Source of the DNA: Selaginella moellendorffii
Taxonomy: Eukaryota > Plantae > Lycopodiophyta
Reading direction: 5' to 3'
Assembly (NCBI RefSeq): GCF_000143415.4
Contig: NW_003314268.1
Coordinates: 449,117 to 513,116 of the forward strand
Length of the DNA: 64,000 bases
This document shows positions 63,336 to 64,000 of this stretch, piece by piece; the stretch's first letter is position 1; every line of letters starts with the position of its first letter. The notes beneath the pieces are model-generated. The model was not told the DNA's origin. It saw nothing but the letters and a program-made list of their open reading frames with translations, and ran no database searches. Made by a program: the position numbers and the translations under genes.

Positions 63336-64000
63336 CTGCTCTACATTACTTCAGTAAGATTTAAAGCTTTTGAATATTTCAGTTCATTAATATTTGCATA
63401 TATAGTAATTTAATTATCAGAACAGTTTGATAACAACTGTGTAATTCAAGCAAAATCTGGACGCAAAAGGTTAAGCCAGCCAGATGGCTTATTTTAATAT
63501 TATCGATTTTAATTTTAAAGGCAATGTGCCACCAACCCAAGCCAATTGAAGCCAGCAGGCCCGAGTTTAAACAGAGTATTATTCGTGTAAAAGATACCCC
63601 GCTGATAATGACTCCGTTGTACTCATCTTCCACCTTTACGTGGAACACGGCTTCGTCGGATCGGACGGACCACAACAGCGACGTCTACGTAAGCAAAATG
63701 AATGCAATGGTGGCGATAGAGACGTGCAAGGAAAAAAGAAAACCAAAAGAGAATTAGGGGAGAGAACGAAAGAATTAAGTAGTGAGTGAGAGCCCATGAT
63801 TCACAAATTTATATGTGAAAGCTGTGTAGCAAAGCTTGGTTGTTTGATTCAATTGGGTGTCTCACACGATGTTTTGGATTTTCGCCCATCGACGGCTGCC
63901 AACCTTCTGGCCACCGACGGCTGCGATCGAGAAAAAAGAAGACTTTTGTTTTGCAAAACCGTTCGTTCTTTCTCCGAGTCATACGTGCCTTTGGCCCGGC

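Noticed and set aside
63379-64000. Short ORFs and a twice-repeated CGACGGCTGC motif at the window end
   Set aside because: No recognisable product; possibly a promoter but unsupported

Overview
Eukaryotic plant nuclear DNA, most likely the lycophyte Selaginella. That assignment is inferred from mostly 45-100 nt GT-AG introns, intergenic gaps under 150 bp, S-motif-rich PLS PPR genes and a cyanovirin-N homolog. Positions 1-37.4 kb are extremely gene dense: SDR 3' end, CCT7, ARP4, two PLS PPRs, DUF1218, a duplicated orphan secreted protein, FIE/EED, a metallophosphoesterase, an orphan basic ORF, a CVNH lectin, Era GTPase, a truncated COBRA-like gene, RlmN, a 17-exon GEX2-like filamin-repeat protein, an NAD(P)-binding protein and a centrin-like EF-hand protein. 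There are two rearranged local duplications with internal inversions. Positions 37.4-44.7 kb hold an intact, very AT-rich B-lectin ORF between the two copies of an EF-hand/dihydroorotase duplication. Positions 44.7-64 kb are AT-rich and mostly decayed mobile DNA: two Ty3/gypsy pol remnants, a GCM-DDE-SWIM Mutator-like transposase and a 100-N gap. Next to the transposase lies a decayed, intron-containing gene resembling a beta-class N4C/N6A DNA methyltransferase, the best candidate for an undescribed system. Exon structures were assembled by eye and no database searches were run.
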